Below are positions 63,181 through 64,000 of a stretch of DNA of 64,000 nt, one piece after another (position 1 is the first letter of the stretch; each line of letters starts with the position of its first letter). The DNA lies in assembly GCA_036172245.1 (NCBI GenBank), contig JAYWIR010000011.1:62001-126000 (forward strand). Direction: 5' to 3'. The notes under the pieces are model-generated. The model worked only from the letters and a program-made list of their open reading frames with translations, had not been told where the DNA came from and did not search any database. A program made the translations under genes and the position numbers. The stretch is from Raillietiella orientalis (taxonomy: Eukaryota).

Positions 63181-64000
63181 CGCTCCCCTTTTCGCCCGTT
63201 TCCCGCGGGCGCGGCGGCCGGCTGCGCTCATGGCTTGCTTGACTGCGCACGCGAGATTGCCGCCGCTCTCCGTCAGGGAAAAGGGAGACGCGCACTCCCC
63301 ACCCCGTGCTGCCACCTTGCCTCCAGAAATCTCCGGAACGAAGAATGTTACGCGTCCGCGGAGAGAGTCCTTCCGGCGCCTTGGGGGTGCAGACCCCAGC
63401 GAAAACAGGGAGGAGATGCGAGGGTGAGATTTGACGAGGGGGCGGGTCTCTCCGGGACCAGGATGAACCGGACACGCTCTGGAGGAGTGGCTTTCCCGAG
63501 CAGGAAGTACCAGCCCGCACCAGCAAGCATTCCGGCAGGTGGAGGCAGCAACCGATCACCGACCGCGCGGGGCGAGCCGTCCTGACTGCTGCTGCTGCTG
63601 CTGCTGGTCCAGCACCGGGAAGAACGCGCCAAAGCGTGGCTCTTCGTGCGCCGCGGGTCACCACCGATCTCGTGGCGCCCTCTCCTTTGTCTGGTTGGAT
63701 CCTGCGCGCACGTCCGACTACCTCAGCTCGCACTGCTTTGACGCTCCCGCGGATCCCACGGGGAGGTGATCACGAGGCCGGCGAGATCCGCGGTGCAGCT
63801 CGCCCGCGACCGGAACGGATGGACGTTCGTCCACCCTGCCCTTCGGGGGGAATCGCGAGACTGGCGCGGGGCCTCCGGCCCGTCTTCTCGCCGTTCGCGA
63901 TGTGTAGGAGGCGCTCAGCGGCCGCTCATCAGGCAGCCCACGAGGAACTCCCTCCTTTCTGGGAGGGTGCGCAATTCCTCGCTTCGAATTCCTCCCTTCG

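Noticed and set aside
1..64000. CRISPR arrays, rRNA, tRNA, snRNA or prokaryotic operons
   Set aside because: No regularly spaced repeats or recognisable RNA-gene sequence were seen by eye, and the genes are spliceosomal. A covariance-model scan would be needed to exclude small RNAs.

Overview
Eukaryotic, intron-containing genomic DNA, most likely from an arthropod or other ecdysozoan (inferred from gene family motifs, not established). I see no prokaryotic features, CRISPR arrays, rRNA or tRNA. Four host genes can be reconstructed by hand: (1) a multi-exon DH-PH Rho GEF of the ARHGEF18/Cysts family (+, about 8.1-18.2 kb); (2) an 11-coding-exon CDK12/13 kinase (+, 43313-48852); (3) a small two-exon MPLKIP/TTDN1-like gene whose diagnostic second exon is absent from the ORF track (-, 50880-51583); (4) a tetraspanin-like gene that may be damaged (+, about 62.4-63.2 kb). 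Many introns are very short (38-59 bp). Intergenic DNA is packed with heavily decayed non-LTR retrotransposons, recognisable only from degenerate motifs: R2/NeSL/Utopia-like RLE relics and L1/Tx1-like APE relics. The most striking structure is an apparently identical 968-bp inverted duplication (27137-28104 / 30564-31531) around a 2.46-kb spacer that carries a stop-riddled gene fragment; it is best explained as a recent staggered-break inversion or an assembly artefact. I cannot honestly claim a new biological system. The best leads are this inversion, the dispersed RLE retroelement relics, a nested stem-loop RNA candidate at 53.4-53.6 kb, the hidden MPLKIP-like gene and the ultra-short introns.
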